Positions 28,470 through 39,288 of a stretch of DNA of 64,000 nt are shown here, one piece after another. A program made the position numbers and the translations under genes. The stretch's first letter is position 1, and every line of letters begins with the position of its first letter. The stretch lies in assembly GCA_043808155.1 (NCBI GenBank), contig JAZDFD010000001.1, positions 1-64,000 on the forward strand, in the 5' to 3' direction. This DNA comes from Candidatus Iainarchaeum sp. (GTDB taxonomy: Archaea; Iainarchaeota; Iainarchaeia; Iainarchaeales; JAZDFD01). The notes below the pieces were generated by a model, which did no database searches, had not been told where the DNA came from, and saw only the letters and a program-made list of their open reading frames with translations.

Positions 28470-29681
28470 TTAGATTACGTATTTAAAGCTTTCTGGACTG
28501 AAAATATTGAACTTAGTTTTGTATTTTTTGATTTTGTTTAAGTTATGTTTTTGAGGGAGGGTAGCGCAGTTGGTAGCGCACGCGACTGATAATCGCGCGG
28601 TCATGGGTTCGAATCCCATTCTTCCCACTATTTTACGTAGAAGTTCATTTTTCTCCACACCGCAGTATTTTTTGCTCTTTTTTGAAATTTTCACACCATC
28701 AACAAAACCACCTAATTTCCAAAAATTTCTTATTGACTTTGAATCATAAATTCTAACACCACAAGCACCTGACCACGAACTTTTGCGCTTTCCAATTTTT
28801 CCATTGAGTCCATATTTCTTAAAAATAGTCTGCCATTGTTTGCACAAATTTGCATTATAGCATCCTAAATTCAATTCTGACTTCTTAGTTTTTGGATAGC
28901 TAATGCAACCATCAGTTGTAAAAGCAAAGCGAATGCACCAACTAAGTGTCTTCTCATCACATTTGTTTAGAAAATCTAGAGTTGGTTGTGGTTCATTTAA
29001 ATATTCGTTAACAGTTTGTCGATGTGCAGGAGATGTTTTGTAATTTGGGCTTAGTTTAAACAATTTCCGAGATAGAGTTGCATCTGTAAGTTTCAGATTA
29101 AACACTCCTTTTTTAGATTTATTAATTGCAGGCACATATCTACTAAGTCTAAGTAAAAGGCTGTTCATAAAATCCCTCAATATCGGATCTTTTGTAGAAT
29201 AAGCTATTCTATTTCTATCCCCACATGCTGAAAGAGAACCATCTGTCATCAGACAAGTTGCAAGAATGCACATTAGATTAACACAATCTTTTTCAAGCAA
29301 AGTTAGTAACTTATTATCAATTTTAATATTAAAGTCACTTTGAAGATTCTTTCTGCTTATGTGCGTTCTTATATATTTAGTATATTCATAAATATTTTCT
29401 ATTTGAGCTATTCTTGCTGAACCGCCTTTTCTTGCACTCCAATTCATAGGTAATTTCTTCCCAATATAGTTCTCAAATTCTTTCAATTCGGGTTGTAAAA
29501 TACATATTTTCTGAAAAACTGAAAAAGTCATGTTGCATTTTTCTTTTAACCAGTCTTTTAATGTCCATCTGCCGAGTTCTAACAATTCCGAGAGTTCTCT
29601 TTGTGGAAGATTTTGTTTCTTGTAAAAAGCCAATAAAAATTCTCGCTGTTTTCCTTTTTTAAATTTCAGCCTAAAGTTCAT
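28470..29681 (-). CDS. Free-standing LAGLIDADG-type endonuclease with N-terminal HTH
   Basis: LATCLMTDGSL and IRFAFTTDGCI double motif; N-terminal HTH; C-terminus is the antisense translation of tRNA-Ile. Confidence 0.75.
   Translation of the reverse strand: MNFRLKFKKGKQREFLLAFYKKQNLPQRELSELLELGRWTLKDWLKEKCNMTFSVFQKICILQPELKEFENYIGKKLPMNWSARKGGSARIAQIENIYEYTKYIRTHISRKNLQSDFNIKIDNKLLTLLEKDCVNLMCILATCLMTDGSLSACGDRNRIAYSTKDPILRDFMNSLLLRLSRYVPAINKSKKGVFNLKLTDATLSRKLFKLSPNYKTSPAHRQTVNEYLNEPQPTLDFLNKCDEKTLSWCIRFAFTTDGCISYPKTKKSELNLGCYNANLCKQWQTIFKKYGLNGKIGKRKSSWSGACGVRIYDSKSIRNFWKLGGFVDGVKISKKSKKYCGVEKNELLRKIVGRMGFEPMTARLSVACATNCATLPQKHNLNKIKKYKTKFNIFSPESFKYVI
28555..28627 (+). tRNA. tRNA-Ile(GAT)
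   Basis: GGGAGGG...CGCGA-CT-GAT-AA-TCGCG...GTTCGAATCCCATTCTTCCCA. Confidence 0.95.
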
Positions 29682-29792
29682 ATATTCAAAAGAAAAAGTT
29701 CATTTAAAAACAAACTTGGAGGTACATTTCCGATGAAATCCCTCCTTTCCCATTTCTTTTTCTTTTAAAATATATCTGAACGTAATAGTGAT

Positions 29793-30515
29793 ATGGTTGT
29801 TCCTAAAAAAATAAAAACACAACGAAGAAGCTTACTTCCTCAATTAGGAAATATGAGAATTTCTAAATCTGAAGCGGGAAGAAGACCTGAAAAAGCACAA
29901 TTGGATGCACGTAGGAAAGAAGAGTATTTAGAACATGATAGATACGGGGTTGAAGATGAAAGAACAAAAAAAGGTTGGCCTGCATTTCGTTCTGAATTAT
30001 GGAAAGTTGAAAAAAATTTACAAACAAATATCGTAGAGTATGTTCAAGAAAGAATTTCTAAATTTAGTGAAAAAACCCCTTTCAAAGTTATGGATTTGGG
30101 TTGTGGGGCAGGCGTAGCATTAAAAGAATTGAAAGGGCGACATCGAAAAAAAATAAAAACAACAGGTGTTGTTTTAAGAAAAACATCCGGGGAAACCTAT
30201 GGTGGTGTTGACCGTTTAATTGAAGGGGATATTAACCAAATAAATCCACGTGAAAAATACGATTTAATATTTTCAAATGCAGGCGCTACATTTTATACAC
30301 GACTTAAAACCACTGCATTTGAACGTGTGATTAGTTGGTTAAAACCAGACGGACGAGCAATACTTGAAATGGGCCACATGTCTGAAGATACACTAAATGA
30401 ATTGAAAACACTTCTTATGCAGAATGGAATCAAAAATTATGAACTTCGAAAAGACACTGCAGTAGGTGGAATTATTCTTGATTTTATTAAACCAGTACCC
30501 AAACTCCCAAAATAA
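29793..30515 (+). CDS. Class I SAM methyltransferase with basic N-terminal extension
   Basis: MDLGCGAG, YDLIFS and WLKPDG motifs. Confidence 0.85.
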   Translation: MVVPKKIKTQRRSLLPQLGNMRISKSEAGRRPEKAQLDARRKEEYLEHDRYGVEDERTKKGWPAFRSELWKVEKNLQTNIVEYVQERISKFSEKTPFKVMDLGCGAGVALKELKGRHRKKIKTTGVVLRKTSGETYGGVDRLIEGDINQINPREKYDLIFSNAGATFYTRLKTTAFERVISWLKPDGRAILEMGHMSEDTLNELKTLLMQNGIKNYELRKDTAVGGIILDFIKPVPKLPK

Positions 30516-30561
30516 TTCTTCTTTAGCAACTAATTAATATAACTTAAAACATTATTTCAGC

Positions 30562-31479
30562 ATGGAAACTCTGGTTATTGCTCTTGGCGGAAATGCACTC
30601 ATTAAACATCACCAAATTGGAAATTATAAACAGCAACTTGAGAATGTTAAGGAAACTTCAAAACAGATTGCAAAGCTGATTAAGAAAGGTTATTGCGTTA
30701 TTTTGACTCATGGAAATGGCCCCCAGGTTGGGAACCTGCAGATTCAGATGATAGCTGCGTCTGAAAAAGTTCCTGCAATGCCACTTGATGTGGATGTTGC
30801 AATGACGCAGGCGCAGATTGGTTACATGCTTCAGCAGAGTTTAAGGAATGAAATTCCTGCTGAGAAAGTTGCAACAATTGTTACTGAAATTGTTGTTGAT
30901 AAAAATGATTCTGCTTTCAGAAAACCAACAAAACCAATTGGACCTTATTACAAAAGCAAAAGCGAACTGAAAAAAGCAAAAATAAAAAATTTCATTTATG
31001 TGAAAGGGAAAGGCTACAGAAAAATTGTTGCATCTCCAAAACCAAAAAAAATAATTCAGTTAGAGAGTGTGAAGAAACTCTCTGAAAAGAAACGGGTTGT
31101 GATTTGCTGCGGCGGGGGGGGGATTCCTGTTGTGAAAAAAGGAAATGATTTTTTTGGCGTTGAGGCAGTAATTGATAAGGACAGAACTGCTTCATTGCTT
31201 GCAAAGGAACTGAAAGCGAAAACACTTGTGATTTTAACTGATGTTGAATTTGTTTATCTGAATTTTGGAAAAAAGAATCAGAAAAAATTAAGGAATGTGA
31301 AATTAAAAGAAATGAAAAACTATCTGAAGGAAGGGCATTTTTCAGAAGGTTCAATGAAACCAAAAATAGAATCTGCAATTGAATTTATTGAAAACAGCGG
31401 GAAGGAAGTAATAATAACTTCTTTGAACAAACTGCTTTCAGCAAGGAATGGTAAAACAGGTACGCGCGTGATAAAATGA
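30562..31479 (+). CDS. arcC: Carbamate kinase
   Basis: ALGGNAL, THGNGPQVG, PTKPIG and EAVIDKD motifs. Confidence 0.97.
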   Translation: METLVIALGGNALIKHHQIGNYKQQLENVKETSKQIAKLIKKGYCVILTHGNGPQVGNLQIQMIAASEKVPAMPLDVDVAMTQAQIGYMLQQSLRNEIPAEKVATIVTEIVVDKNDSAFRKPTKPIGPYYKSKSELKKAKIKNFIYVKGKGYRKIVASPKPKKIIQLESVKKLSEKKRVVICCGGGGIPVVKKGNDFFGVEAVIDKDRTASLLAKELKAKTLVILTDVEFVYLNFGKKNQKKLRNVKLKEMKNYLKEGHFSEGSMKPKIESAIEFIENSGKEVIITSLNKLLSARNGKTGTRVIK

Positions 31480-32417
31480 ACACATTAAAAGGACGGGATT
31501 TTTTAACACTGCAGGATTTTTCTAAAAAGGAAATTGCGAAAATGTTAGACAGAGCAGAAAATCTAAAATCAAGATATGCACGCGGCGGAGGCGCTAAAAA
31601 ACTCCTGAAGGGAAAAACACTTGCAATGCTTTTTATGAAACCCTCAACTCGAACACGGGTTTCATTTGAAACAGGAATGTATCAGCTGGGAGGGCATGCA
31701 ATTTTTTTGAATAAAGACCATACGCAAATTGGAAGGGGCGAGAGTGTTAAGGACACGGCGCTGGTGCTTTCACGATATGTTGATGGCGTAATGGCAAGAG
31801 TTTATGAGCACGAGTATTTGAAAGAGTTTGCAAAATGGTCTAGCGTCCCTGTGATTAATGGGCTTAGCAATTTTTTACACCCCTGTCAGGCTTTAAGTGA
31901 TCTTTTTACAATACAGGAAACTGTTGGAAAATTAAAGGGAGTTAATGTTTCCTATGTCGGAGAAGCAAATAATGTGTCAAATTCATTAATGATTGGCTGT
32001 TCAAAAATGAGTGTTGATTTTACAATTTATTCTCCAAAGCAATTTCCTGTGAATGAAACAATTTTGAAATATGCAAGAAAAAATGCGGAAGAATCTGGCG
32101 CTGAAATTTTAGTAAAAACAAAAATAGATGCAACGCTTGAAAACTCAAAATTCATTTATACTGATACATGGGAATCAATGCACCAAAGATTTGATAAAAA
32201 AGAACTTGAAAGAATAATGGCACCATTCCAAGTTAATGAATGCATGATGAAGACTCTGAAAAAAAGAAGAAAAATGTTTTATTTCATGCACGATCTCCCT
32301 GCACACAGAGGACATGAAATTACTTCAGAAGTAATGGATTCAAAATATTCAATAATTTTCAGACAGGCCGAAAACAGACTGCATGCACAGAAAGCATTAA
32401 TGAGTTTAATTCTTTAA
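31476..32417 (+). CDS. argF: Ornithine carbamoyltransferase
   Basis: STRTR, HPCQ, HDLP and QAENRLH motifs. Confidence 0.93.
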   Translation: MNTLKGRDFLTLQDFSKKEIAKMLDRAENLKSRYARGGGAKKLLKGKTLAMLFMKPSTRTRVSFETGMYQLGGHAIFLNKDHTQIGRGESVKDTALVLSRYVDGVMARVYEHEYLKEFAKWSSVPVINGLSNFLHPCQALSDLFTIQETVGKLKGVNVSYVGEANNVSNSLMIGCSKMSVDFTIYSPKQFPVNETILKYARKNAEESGAEILVKTKIDATLENSKFIYTDTWESMHQRFDKKELERIMAPFQVNECMMKTLKKRRKMFYFMHDLPAHRGHEITSEVMDSKYSIIFRQAENRLHAQKALMSLIL

Positions 32418-32813
32418 TCACTGACCAGTGATTTTAATATAAAAATTTCTTAATCTCGGACCATCGAATTCACAAAAGAAAATGCTCTGCCAGGTTCCCA
32501 AAATTAGATTTGATTCGTGAATGGGAATTGTTACAGAGTTTCCAATAAGTGAAGATTTGATATGCGCATCTGAGTTTCCTTCTGAATGTAAATAATTTTC
32601 ATCTTTAGGAATTAGCATTTCAAGTTTTCTGCTTATGTCAAGAACAACAGCAGGATCTGCACCTTCATTAATTGTAATGCCTGCAGTTGTGTGCGGTATG
32701 TAAACTGTGCAAAAACCATTTTTAACATCTGATTCGGAAATTGCTCTCTGCACATCTTTTGTAACATCTATAAAATCTGTTCTTTCACGCGTGCTTAATG
32801 TTATTTTTTTCAT
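32418..32813 (-). CDS. yjbQ: YjbQ family protein
   Basis: HTTAG, NSDAHIK and LGTWQSIFFCEFDGPR motifs. Confidence 0.95.
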   Translation of the reverse strand: MKKITLSTRERTDFIDVTKDVQRAISESDVKNGFCTVYIPHTTAGITINEGADPAVVLDISRKLEMLIPKDENYLHSEGNSDAHIKSSLIGNSVTIPIHESNLILGTWQSIFFCEFDGPRLRNFYIKITGQ

Positions 32814-32846
32814 ATAGTCACATGCCTGTTCAATTCACAAATAAAT

Positions 32847-34139
32847 TCAAGGATATAATCTGTTCATTGTTCTTGGATAAGGAATTACATCTTTTATGTG
32901 TTCTAATTTGCATAACCATGTTGTTAATCTTTCAATACCCAAACCAAAACCTGAGTGTTGTATTCCGCCGAATCGTCTCAAATCAACATACCATTGATAT
33001 GGTTTTGGATCAATATTCTGAGATTTCATTCTGCTTAAAATTTCATCCATATTCCAGCATCTTTCACCTGAACCAATTATTTCACCATATCCTTCAGGTG
33101 CTAGAATATCATTACATAAAAGATACTTTGGATTTTCAGGATCAGGTCTGTGATAAAATGGTTTTAGTTTTGCAGGATAATGAGTTACGATAATCGGTGT
33201 TTTGAAATCTTTAGTAATTTCACGCTCTTCTTTTTCTCCTAAATCTGACCCGTGTTTTAACTTTGGAAATTTCTTTTGAGCTTCTTTCAGAATCTCATCA
33301 TAAGTATATCTTGGCCATTTCTTAGTTATGGTGGGTTCTAAATCCTTTGGGTTTCTGCCTAATGCTTTGAGCTCTTTTTCATTATTTTCAATAACTTTTT
33401 TTGCCATGAATTTAACCATCATCTCCTCAAAATCAAGCAGTTCAGATAGCCCCATCCATGCAAATTCACCCTCTGCATGCCAGAATTCTGTCACGTGACG
33501 GCGCGTTCTGCTTTTTTCTGCTCTGAAGGACGGAGCGATAGTATAAACATCTCCATGGGAGAAAATAAAGGTTTCAAGATAGAATTGGGAACTCTGAGTA
33601 AGATATGCTTTTTTGCCGAAATATGGCACTTCAAAGAGTGTTGAACCACCCTCCACAGCACCAGTGACAAACATCGGACCCTGAACTTCAAGTACATTTC
33701 TTTCTTTCATAAACTCCCTGAAAGCCTCAAGAACTGTTGCTTTTACTTTCAAAGCATCAGTCATTTTTGAGGAGCGCATCCAGAGATGTCTTACATCTAA
33801 AATAAATGCTTCACTTAAATCTCTCTGGATTGGAAATTCATCTGCTAAAGAAATTATTTCAATATCATCTGCAACTAATTCAAAACCATTTGGCGCTCGT
33901 TTATCTTCTTTCAAAGTTCCTGAAAGTGAAACACTGGATTCAATTGTTGATTCTTCTGCTTTTTCCCAGATTTCATTTTTTAAATCAGGTTTTGCAAAAA
34001 CACATTGCATTTCATTTGTTGTATCTCGGAGAAGAATGAAAATTTTCTCTCCAAACGCACGTTTTCTTTTAACCCATCCACGTAATTTGAACTTTCCTTT
34101 TTTCTTTTTTAAAGCTTGGTTGATTGTTGTAAATTCCAT
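32847..34139 (-). CDS. asnS: Asparagine--tRNA ligase
   Basis: YLTQSSQFYLE, FRAEKSRTRRH and GEIIGSGER motifs. Confidence 0.93.
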   Translation of the reverse strand: MEFTTINQALKKKKGKFKLRGWVKRKRAFGEKIFILLRDTTNEMQCVFAKPDLKNEIWEKAEESTIESSVSLSGTLKEDKRAPNGFELVADDIEIISLADEFPIQRDLSEAFILDVRHLWMRSSKMTDALKVKATVLEAFREFMKERNVLEVQGPMFVTGAVEGGSTLFEVPYFGKKAYLTQSSQFYLETFIFSHGDVYTIAPSFRAEKSRTRRHVTEFWHAEGEFAWMGLSELLDFEEMMVKFMAKKVIENNEKELKALGRNPKDLEPTITKKWPRYTYDEILKEAQKKFPKLKHGSDLGEKEEREITKDFKTPIIVTHYPAKLKPFYHRPDPENPKYLLCNDILAPEGYGEIIGSGERCWNMDEILSRMKSQNIDPKPYQWYVDLRRFGGIQHSGFGLGIERLTTWLCKLEHIKDVIPYPRTMNRLYP

Positions 34140-34147
34140 AATCTCAC

Positions 34148-35464
34148 TTAAGGTAAAATTCTTTCAGTATCTCTTGGGAAGAGAACAACCTCTCTTATGT
34201 TTTCAATATTAAGTAATGTTTTTGTTATTCTTTCAATTCCAATTGCAAAACCGCCGTGCGGTGGAACACCATATTTGAAAAATTTAGTAAACCATTCTAA
34301 ACTTTTTTCTGACATTCCTGATGCATGCAACTGTGAAATGATTTTATCGTATCTGTGTTCACGCTGACCCCCAGAACTTAATTCAGTGCCTCTGAAATTT
34401 AAGTCTACGCTTCTTGCGTAATCTGGTTCATCATCAACACGCATTACATAAAATGGTTTTATTGCAGAGGGGAATCTGTTGAAGAAATAAAATTCTGATT
34501 TGTGTTTTTTCTGCACATATTCCCAGAAAATATTATTTGCTTCTGCATCTAAGTCTTCGCCTCTTTTAATTTTGCATCCTTCTTTTTCTAAAATATTGTA
34601 AATTTCAGGAAATCTGAATTCAGGAAATGGTTTTGTGGGAACGTTTACTTTCACACCAAGTAATTCTAATTCTGCTTTGCAGTCTTTGTTTACTTTTGTC
34701 ATTGCAGAAATAATCAAATCTTCCTGAAGTCTTATTGTGTCAGTTTCATCATTGAGGAACGCCATTTCTGCGGCAACAACTCTGTGTTCTGAGAGATGCT
34801 GAGTTGTGTGTGATTTTTCAGCTCTCCAGCATGGGCCAATATCAAATACTTTTTCAATTCCTGATGCAATTGATAATTGTCTGTGCAACTGCGGGTCCTG
34901 TCTTAAGAATACTTTTTTATCATTGTGATAATTTACTGAAAAAACTTCTGAACCAGATTCAGAAGGTGCACCCATTAAACAGGGAGTGAATACTTGTGTG
35001 AAATCTTGTTTTAGGAGTTCGTCTCTCATTCCTTCAAGAAGTTTTGATTCAATCTTTATTATTGCCTGGTTTTCAGGAGTTCGTAAATCAATACATCTCC
35101 AGTCTAATCTGCTGGGCAATTCTGACTTTATTTTTCCGCTGATGTCAAGAGGTACGGGTGTTTCAGCACGTGCTAGTAATTCAACTTTTGAGGGGATTAA
35201 TTCAACTCCGTTTGGGGCTTGTTTTTCTGCTTTCAATTCTCCAGTGATTATTACTACGCTTTCTTTTGTCAGATTGTTCAATTCTGAGAAAAGTTCTTCA
35301 GATACATTTGCTTTGTGAGCAGTGACTTGTACATAACCAGTTTTGTCCCTTATTTTCACAAACTTCAGTTTCCCAAAATCACGGATTTCAAAGACCCATC
35401 CCGCGATAGTTGCCTTTTTTCCGGCTAATTTCTTGTTTAATTCGTTTGCGTATAGTCTTTTCAC
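34148..35464 (-). CDS. aspS: Aspartate--tRNA ligase (archaeal type)
   Basis: QDPQLHRQ, ELSSGGQR, PPHGG and FPRD motifs. Confidence 0.93.
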   Translation of the reverse strand: MKRLYANELNKKLAGKKATIAGWVFEIRDFGKLKFVKIRDKTGYVQVTAHKANVSEELFSELNNLTKESVVIITGELKAEKQAPNGVELIPSKVELLARAETPVPLDISGKIKSELPSRLDWRCIDLRTPENQAIIKIESKLLEGMRDELLKQDFTQVFTPCLMGAPSESGSEVFSVNYHNDKKVFLRQDPQLHRQLSIASGIEKVFDIGPCWRAEKSHTTQHLSEHRVVAAEMAFLNDETDTIRLQEDLIISAMTKVNKDCKAELELLGVKVNVPTKPFPEFRFPEIYNILEKEGCKIKRGEDLDAEANNIFWEYVQKKHKSEFYFFNRFPSAIKPFYVMRVDDEPDYARSVDLNFRGTELSSGGQREHRYDKIISQLHASGMSEKSLEWFTKFFKYGVPPHGGFAIGIERITKTLLNIENIREVVLFPRDTERILP

Positions 35465-35521
35465 GAAAATTCCCCTTTATTATATATACAAGAGGTTTTT
35501 ATAAAGTGTTTTGGGGATTTT

Positions 35522-36517
35522 TCAGAATTCCCCAATTGTTTTCTGCCCTGCGTCTACAAGGGCGCGTGCAGGGATTTTGAGTCTTCTCTGTACGTAAGCA
35601 GCAAATTCTTTGTCATAGCCGTGCATTGTAAGAACTAATTTTGGGTTTGATTCCTTTACATATTGCATAAGTTGACTGAAATCAGCATGATCTGAAAGAG
35701 AAAATAATTTGTCATATGAACTTCCCCTCTGCCAGCCAGTTGCGAATGCAGTGAAAATCTTTTTTCCTGTGGAATAGGAAAGTGACTGCGCAAGACCTTT
35801 CTTCACAAGTGAGGGGGGAATGATGATCACATTGCTTTCTTTAAGGTTGTGATTTAATTTTATGTAATCACCCAAATGTACGCTGTGGTTTTCATAAATT
35901 TTATTTATTTCAAAAACCGAATCATGAACTAAGGGTGCGATTCCTGCATATTCATTACAAACTGCAGTTAATTCCTGTGCTTTTCCAATCGAATAACCTG
36001 CGAGAAGAACAAGCCCCTGCTTTGCGTTTTGTTTTATCCATGTTCCCATTTCATTATAGGTTTCTTCCCGCTCAGGAAATTCAAAACAGGGAATTCCAAA
36101 AGTACATTCAATAACTAAAATATCAGAATCTAAAACCTCTCCGCGTTTCATGAAAAGTGAGTCCTGAAGTTTGAAATCAGAGGTGATTACAATTCGTTCT
36201 GATTTTTTATTGTTCTCAACCAGAATTTGCGATGAGCCTAAAATATGACCTGAGTTATGCATACTCAGGGAGCAGCCATTTATTGGGATTTTTTCACCAA
36301 AATCAGCTGTCTGGCAGTTCTCAATTGGACCATAACGCGCTTCAACTAAATCTTTAGTTGCGTGTGACATTAAATATTTTGATTTTTTGTTTAAAGCTAC
36401 ATGGTCAGAATGCGCATGGGTAATGAATGCGTTTTTTGCCTTTGTTCTTGCGGAAGTATCTACTGCAAGCTCAGAATCCCTGCCAATGTTAATACCTCTG
36501 TCGTGAAAAATCTCCAT
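35522..36517 (-). CDS. MBL-fold (beta-CASP-like) nuclease
   Basis: THAHSDH, GHILGS, ECTFG and LSDHAD motifs. Confidence 0.9.
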   Translation of the reverse strand: MEIFHDRGINIGRDSELAVDTSARTKAKNAFITHAHSDHVALNKKSKYLMSHATKDLVEARYGPIENCQTADFGEKIPINGCSLSMHNSGHILGSSQILVENNKKSERIVITSDFKLQDSLFMKRGEVLDSDILVIECTFGIPCFEFPEREETYNEMGTWIKQNAKQGLVLLAGYSIGKAQELTAVCNEYAGIAPLVHDSVFEINKIYENHSVHLGDYIKLNHNLKESNVIIIPPSLVKKGLAQSLSYSTGKKIFTAFATGWQRGSSYDKLFSLSDHADFSQLMQYVKESNPKLVLTMHGYDKEFAAYVQRRLKIPARALVDAGQKTIGEF

Positions 36518-36640
36518 CTAAACCACTAAAAAAATTAAAGCATTAATAATAAAACATTCAGAAATAAAAACCCAACGTCAGGAATATAAAGAACCTTGTG
36601 TTAATATTAGTGAAATCCTGGGAAGAGGCTTTGATTCCAA

Positions 36641-37759
36641 ATGTCAAACATAAATAACACATTTAACAAATTAATAAATTCTATTGATGACATAGACAAG
36701 GAACTACTTAAAACCCGCTGGAAAGACATGACAAGAAATCTTTTCGTTAACACTCTGGAAAATAGTGTTACGTCTCTTAAAGAAAGCCAAGCACTACTAA
36801 AAGAGCTTAATTCTCAGCTTAGTTCTTTGGATACAGATGCACCTTCACTTGCAGTGATACTTAATGAGTTTGAAAAAACAATTATTGTTTTAGAGAAGAA
36901 TTTGAAATTAGAGAAAGGGAAAACGCACTCAGGAGATTCAGTTGTTAATATTACTTCAATTTCAGAAGTTCCTGAATTATATGCTTCATTAGAGCACAAA
37001 ATACTTGAACTTCTTCTGAAAACGCGCTATGTTTTGGAAGATGTGGATTTGTTTTTGAGAAAGGAACAAATCACACCTGTGGATGAAAAAGCAGGTGCAA
37101 AAAACCTTGTTGAAATTCTCAGAAAACGTGATGAGGAAATGCGTGAATTAAAAGACAATCTTGAGAAACTGAAAAAGAAAAGTTTCTTTGGCTACATTCA
37201 TGAGGAAAGCCCTGCAGATATTGAAAAGGAGGTTCATGAACTTGCAAAAAAACTAGAAATAAACCTTGAACAGATGAAAAATAATTATTCATCTTATGGC
37301 GACAGGCTTGAAAGCATGGCACATAATTTTTCACTTCTGAAAGAAAAAATAAAAGCTGTTGAAGAAATGTTTGATCAGTTTTCAGAAAAAAGTGAAGAAC
37401 TTACACGCATTCTGAAAAAGGAAAGAGATTATGCTAAAAAAATTGTTTTAGAAGCAGATGGTGAAACCGGCAGAGTAAGAAGAAGTTATACACAAGAACT
37501 CCTGGGTATGCAGAAGGAAAAAGTCAAAGTACGTGAAGATTCAGAACTGAAATACAGAAAACAGATTGATGAAATAAAAAAGGACATTTCTGAAAAAGAC
37601 AAAATGCTTAAAGAATTTACAGACATGCTTTCCAGAAGAGAGCACAAAATAGATGAACTTGAAGAAAGGAATAAAGAATTGAGGCTTTTACTGAAAGCTG
37701 GAGAAACCCATGCAAAAGCCAAAAAGACGTTCAAACAGAAAGCAAAACACAAAGAATAA
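36641..37759 (+). CDS. Long coiled-coil hypothetical protein
   Basis: E/K/L heptad-rich sequence; no ATPase motif seen. Confidence 0.7.
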   Translation: MSNINNTFNKLINSIDDIDKELLKTRWKDMTRNLFVNTLENSVTSLKESQALLKELNSQLSSLDTDAPSLAVILNEFEKTIIVLEKNLKLEKGKTHSGDSVVNITSISEVPELYASLEHKILELLLKTRYVLEDVDLFLRKEQITPVDEKAGAKNLVEILRKRDEEMRELKDNLEKLKKKSFFGYIHEESPADIEKEVHELAKKLEINLEQMKNNYSSYGDRLESMAHNFSLLKEKIKAVEEMFDQFSEKSEELTRILKKERDYAKKIVLEADGETGRVRRSYTQELLGMQKEKVKVREDSELKYRKQIDEIKKDISEKDKMLKEFTDMLSRREHKIDELEERNKELRLLLKAGETHAKAKKTFKQKAKHKE

Positions 37760-37791
37760 ATTACACAAAGTTCTAATTATTGCGTGATTTT

Positions 37792-39285
37792 ATGGGATTT
37801 GATGATTCACGATTTGATATGTATGATAATGTAGGTTCCAGAAATGAAGATTATGATGCAGAACCTAGCCAGATAGATGCTGTGAAGCAGTATTTGCCAA
37901 AAATTGTCATTGCTATTGTTGTTCTTGCAGTTGCATATTTTGCCTATGATTATTTTATTGGAAGCGTGACTGAAGTTAGTTTTGATATTGAAAATACAGA
38001 AGGCAACAAAATAAACAGCACAATTTTAGTTTATGATTCTCAGAATAATGAAGCATATAACAGTTCTTCAGGTAATAAAGCAAATTTGAGATTTGGAGAT
38101 TACACTTACGAAGTTACTGCAAACGGTTATAAACAAGAGATGGGTGATTTCACAATAAGTGCAAATAATAAATCTGTTAAAATTGAAATAGAAAAAGATA
38201 TGGATATTGAATTTGGTGCTGTTTCCTTTGCAGGGGGTTTGAGTCTTACAAGTCCTTTGCAGGGAACTGTTGAACTCAAAAATAATGATTCTGAAACTCA
38301 TGCAGTTGAGCTTGTTTTTGAAGGTGATTTTGATGAATATGATGTTATCATATTTCCTTCAACTGCATCTGTCCCTGGAAACGGGAACTCCATAGTTAAT
38401 GTTACTGCAACTCCAAAAGAAGGGACTGAAATTAAAAAAAGCAGTGGTGATTCTAAAAAAGGAACTATAAGAGTCAAATATTTAAACAGTGAGAAAGCTA
38501 TACACGAAGTTAATTTCAAACTTTATAAAGAAACTGAGATTGATACTCCTTCTAAAGTTACACTTAGTGTGAAATATAATGATTCAGACAATAAAAATGT
38601 GAAAATAGAAAATGATAATGATTTTGAAATAAAGAATGTTAAACTCGAACTTGATATTTTAGGTTCAACAATTAATGACACAGATGACATTTTAAGCTGG
38701 ATTTCATTTCCTTATGGTTCGGAAATAGATTCAATCCCTGCAAAAGGAGAACATGAATTTAAAATTCAGATTGATACACCACTTGATGCAAAAAAAGAAG
38801 ACATTGAAGCACAGATACGCGTAACATCAGCCTCAACAGATGAAACAATTACAATTGAACTCAGTATTAAAATTACTGATGAAGCTGAAACCGCACTTGA
38901 AGTTTCAATCAGTTCAAGCGCGCAAAATATTGAAATTGAATGGGACATAGAATCAGAGAAATTTGAAAAAGTTGAAAAATACAATCTTGAAATTGATAAC
39001 AAAGGCGACGTAACTATTTCAGAGATTCAGATTTCTGTTAAAAACAATGCAGAATGCATTACTTCCTGGTTAAGTATTTTATCACCTGCTGTTGGCACTC
39101 TCACTGCAGGCGATGATACTGAAGTTCCAATCACAATTTCTGCACCAAACGCAGTTTATGGGAAAGAAGCAAATTCTATTTCATGTGAGTTTGAAATTTC
39201 ATATGATGACCCCTTTGGTGGACCGCGTATAAAACAGGCGGTTCCCCAAAACATCCAAATAACTGCAAACTGGGAGGATGTGTAA
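37792..39285 (+). CDS. Membrane-anchored acidic Ig-repeat surface protein
   Basis: TM near N-terminus; repeated beta-rich domains. Confidence 0.7.
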   Translation: MGFDDSRFDMYDNVGSRNEDYDAEPSQIDAVKQYLPKIVIAIVVLAVAYFAYDYFIGSVTEVSFDIENTEGNKINSTILVYDSQNNEAYNSSSGNKANLRFGDYTYEVTANGYKQEMGDFTISANNKSVKIEIEKDMDIEFGAVSFAGGLSLTSPLQGTVELKNNDSETHAVELVFEGDFDEYDVIIFPSTASVPGNGNSIVNVTATPKEGTEIKKSSGDSKKGTIRVKYLNSEKAIHEVNFKLYKETEIDTPSKVTLSVKYNDSDNKNVKIENDNDFEIKNVKLELDILGSTINDTDDILSWISFPYGSEIDSIPAKGEHEFKIQIDTPLDAKKEDIEAQIRVTSASTDETITIELSIKITDEAETALEVSISSSAQNIEIEWDIESEKFEKVEKYNLEIDNKGDVTISEIQISVKNNAECITSWLSILSPAVGTLTAGDDTEVPITISAPNAVYGKEANSISCEFEISYDDPFGGPRIKQAVPQNIQITANWEDV

Positions 39286-39288
39286 ATA

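Noticed and set aside
32847-35464. Adjacent AspRS and AsnRS as a recent duplication
   Set aside because: These are ancient class IIb paralogs with distinct signatures; ordinary housekeeping.
36641-37759. SMC/Rad50 or ESCRT-like assignment
   Set aside because: Only coiled-coil character is visible; no Walker or family motif.
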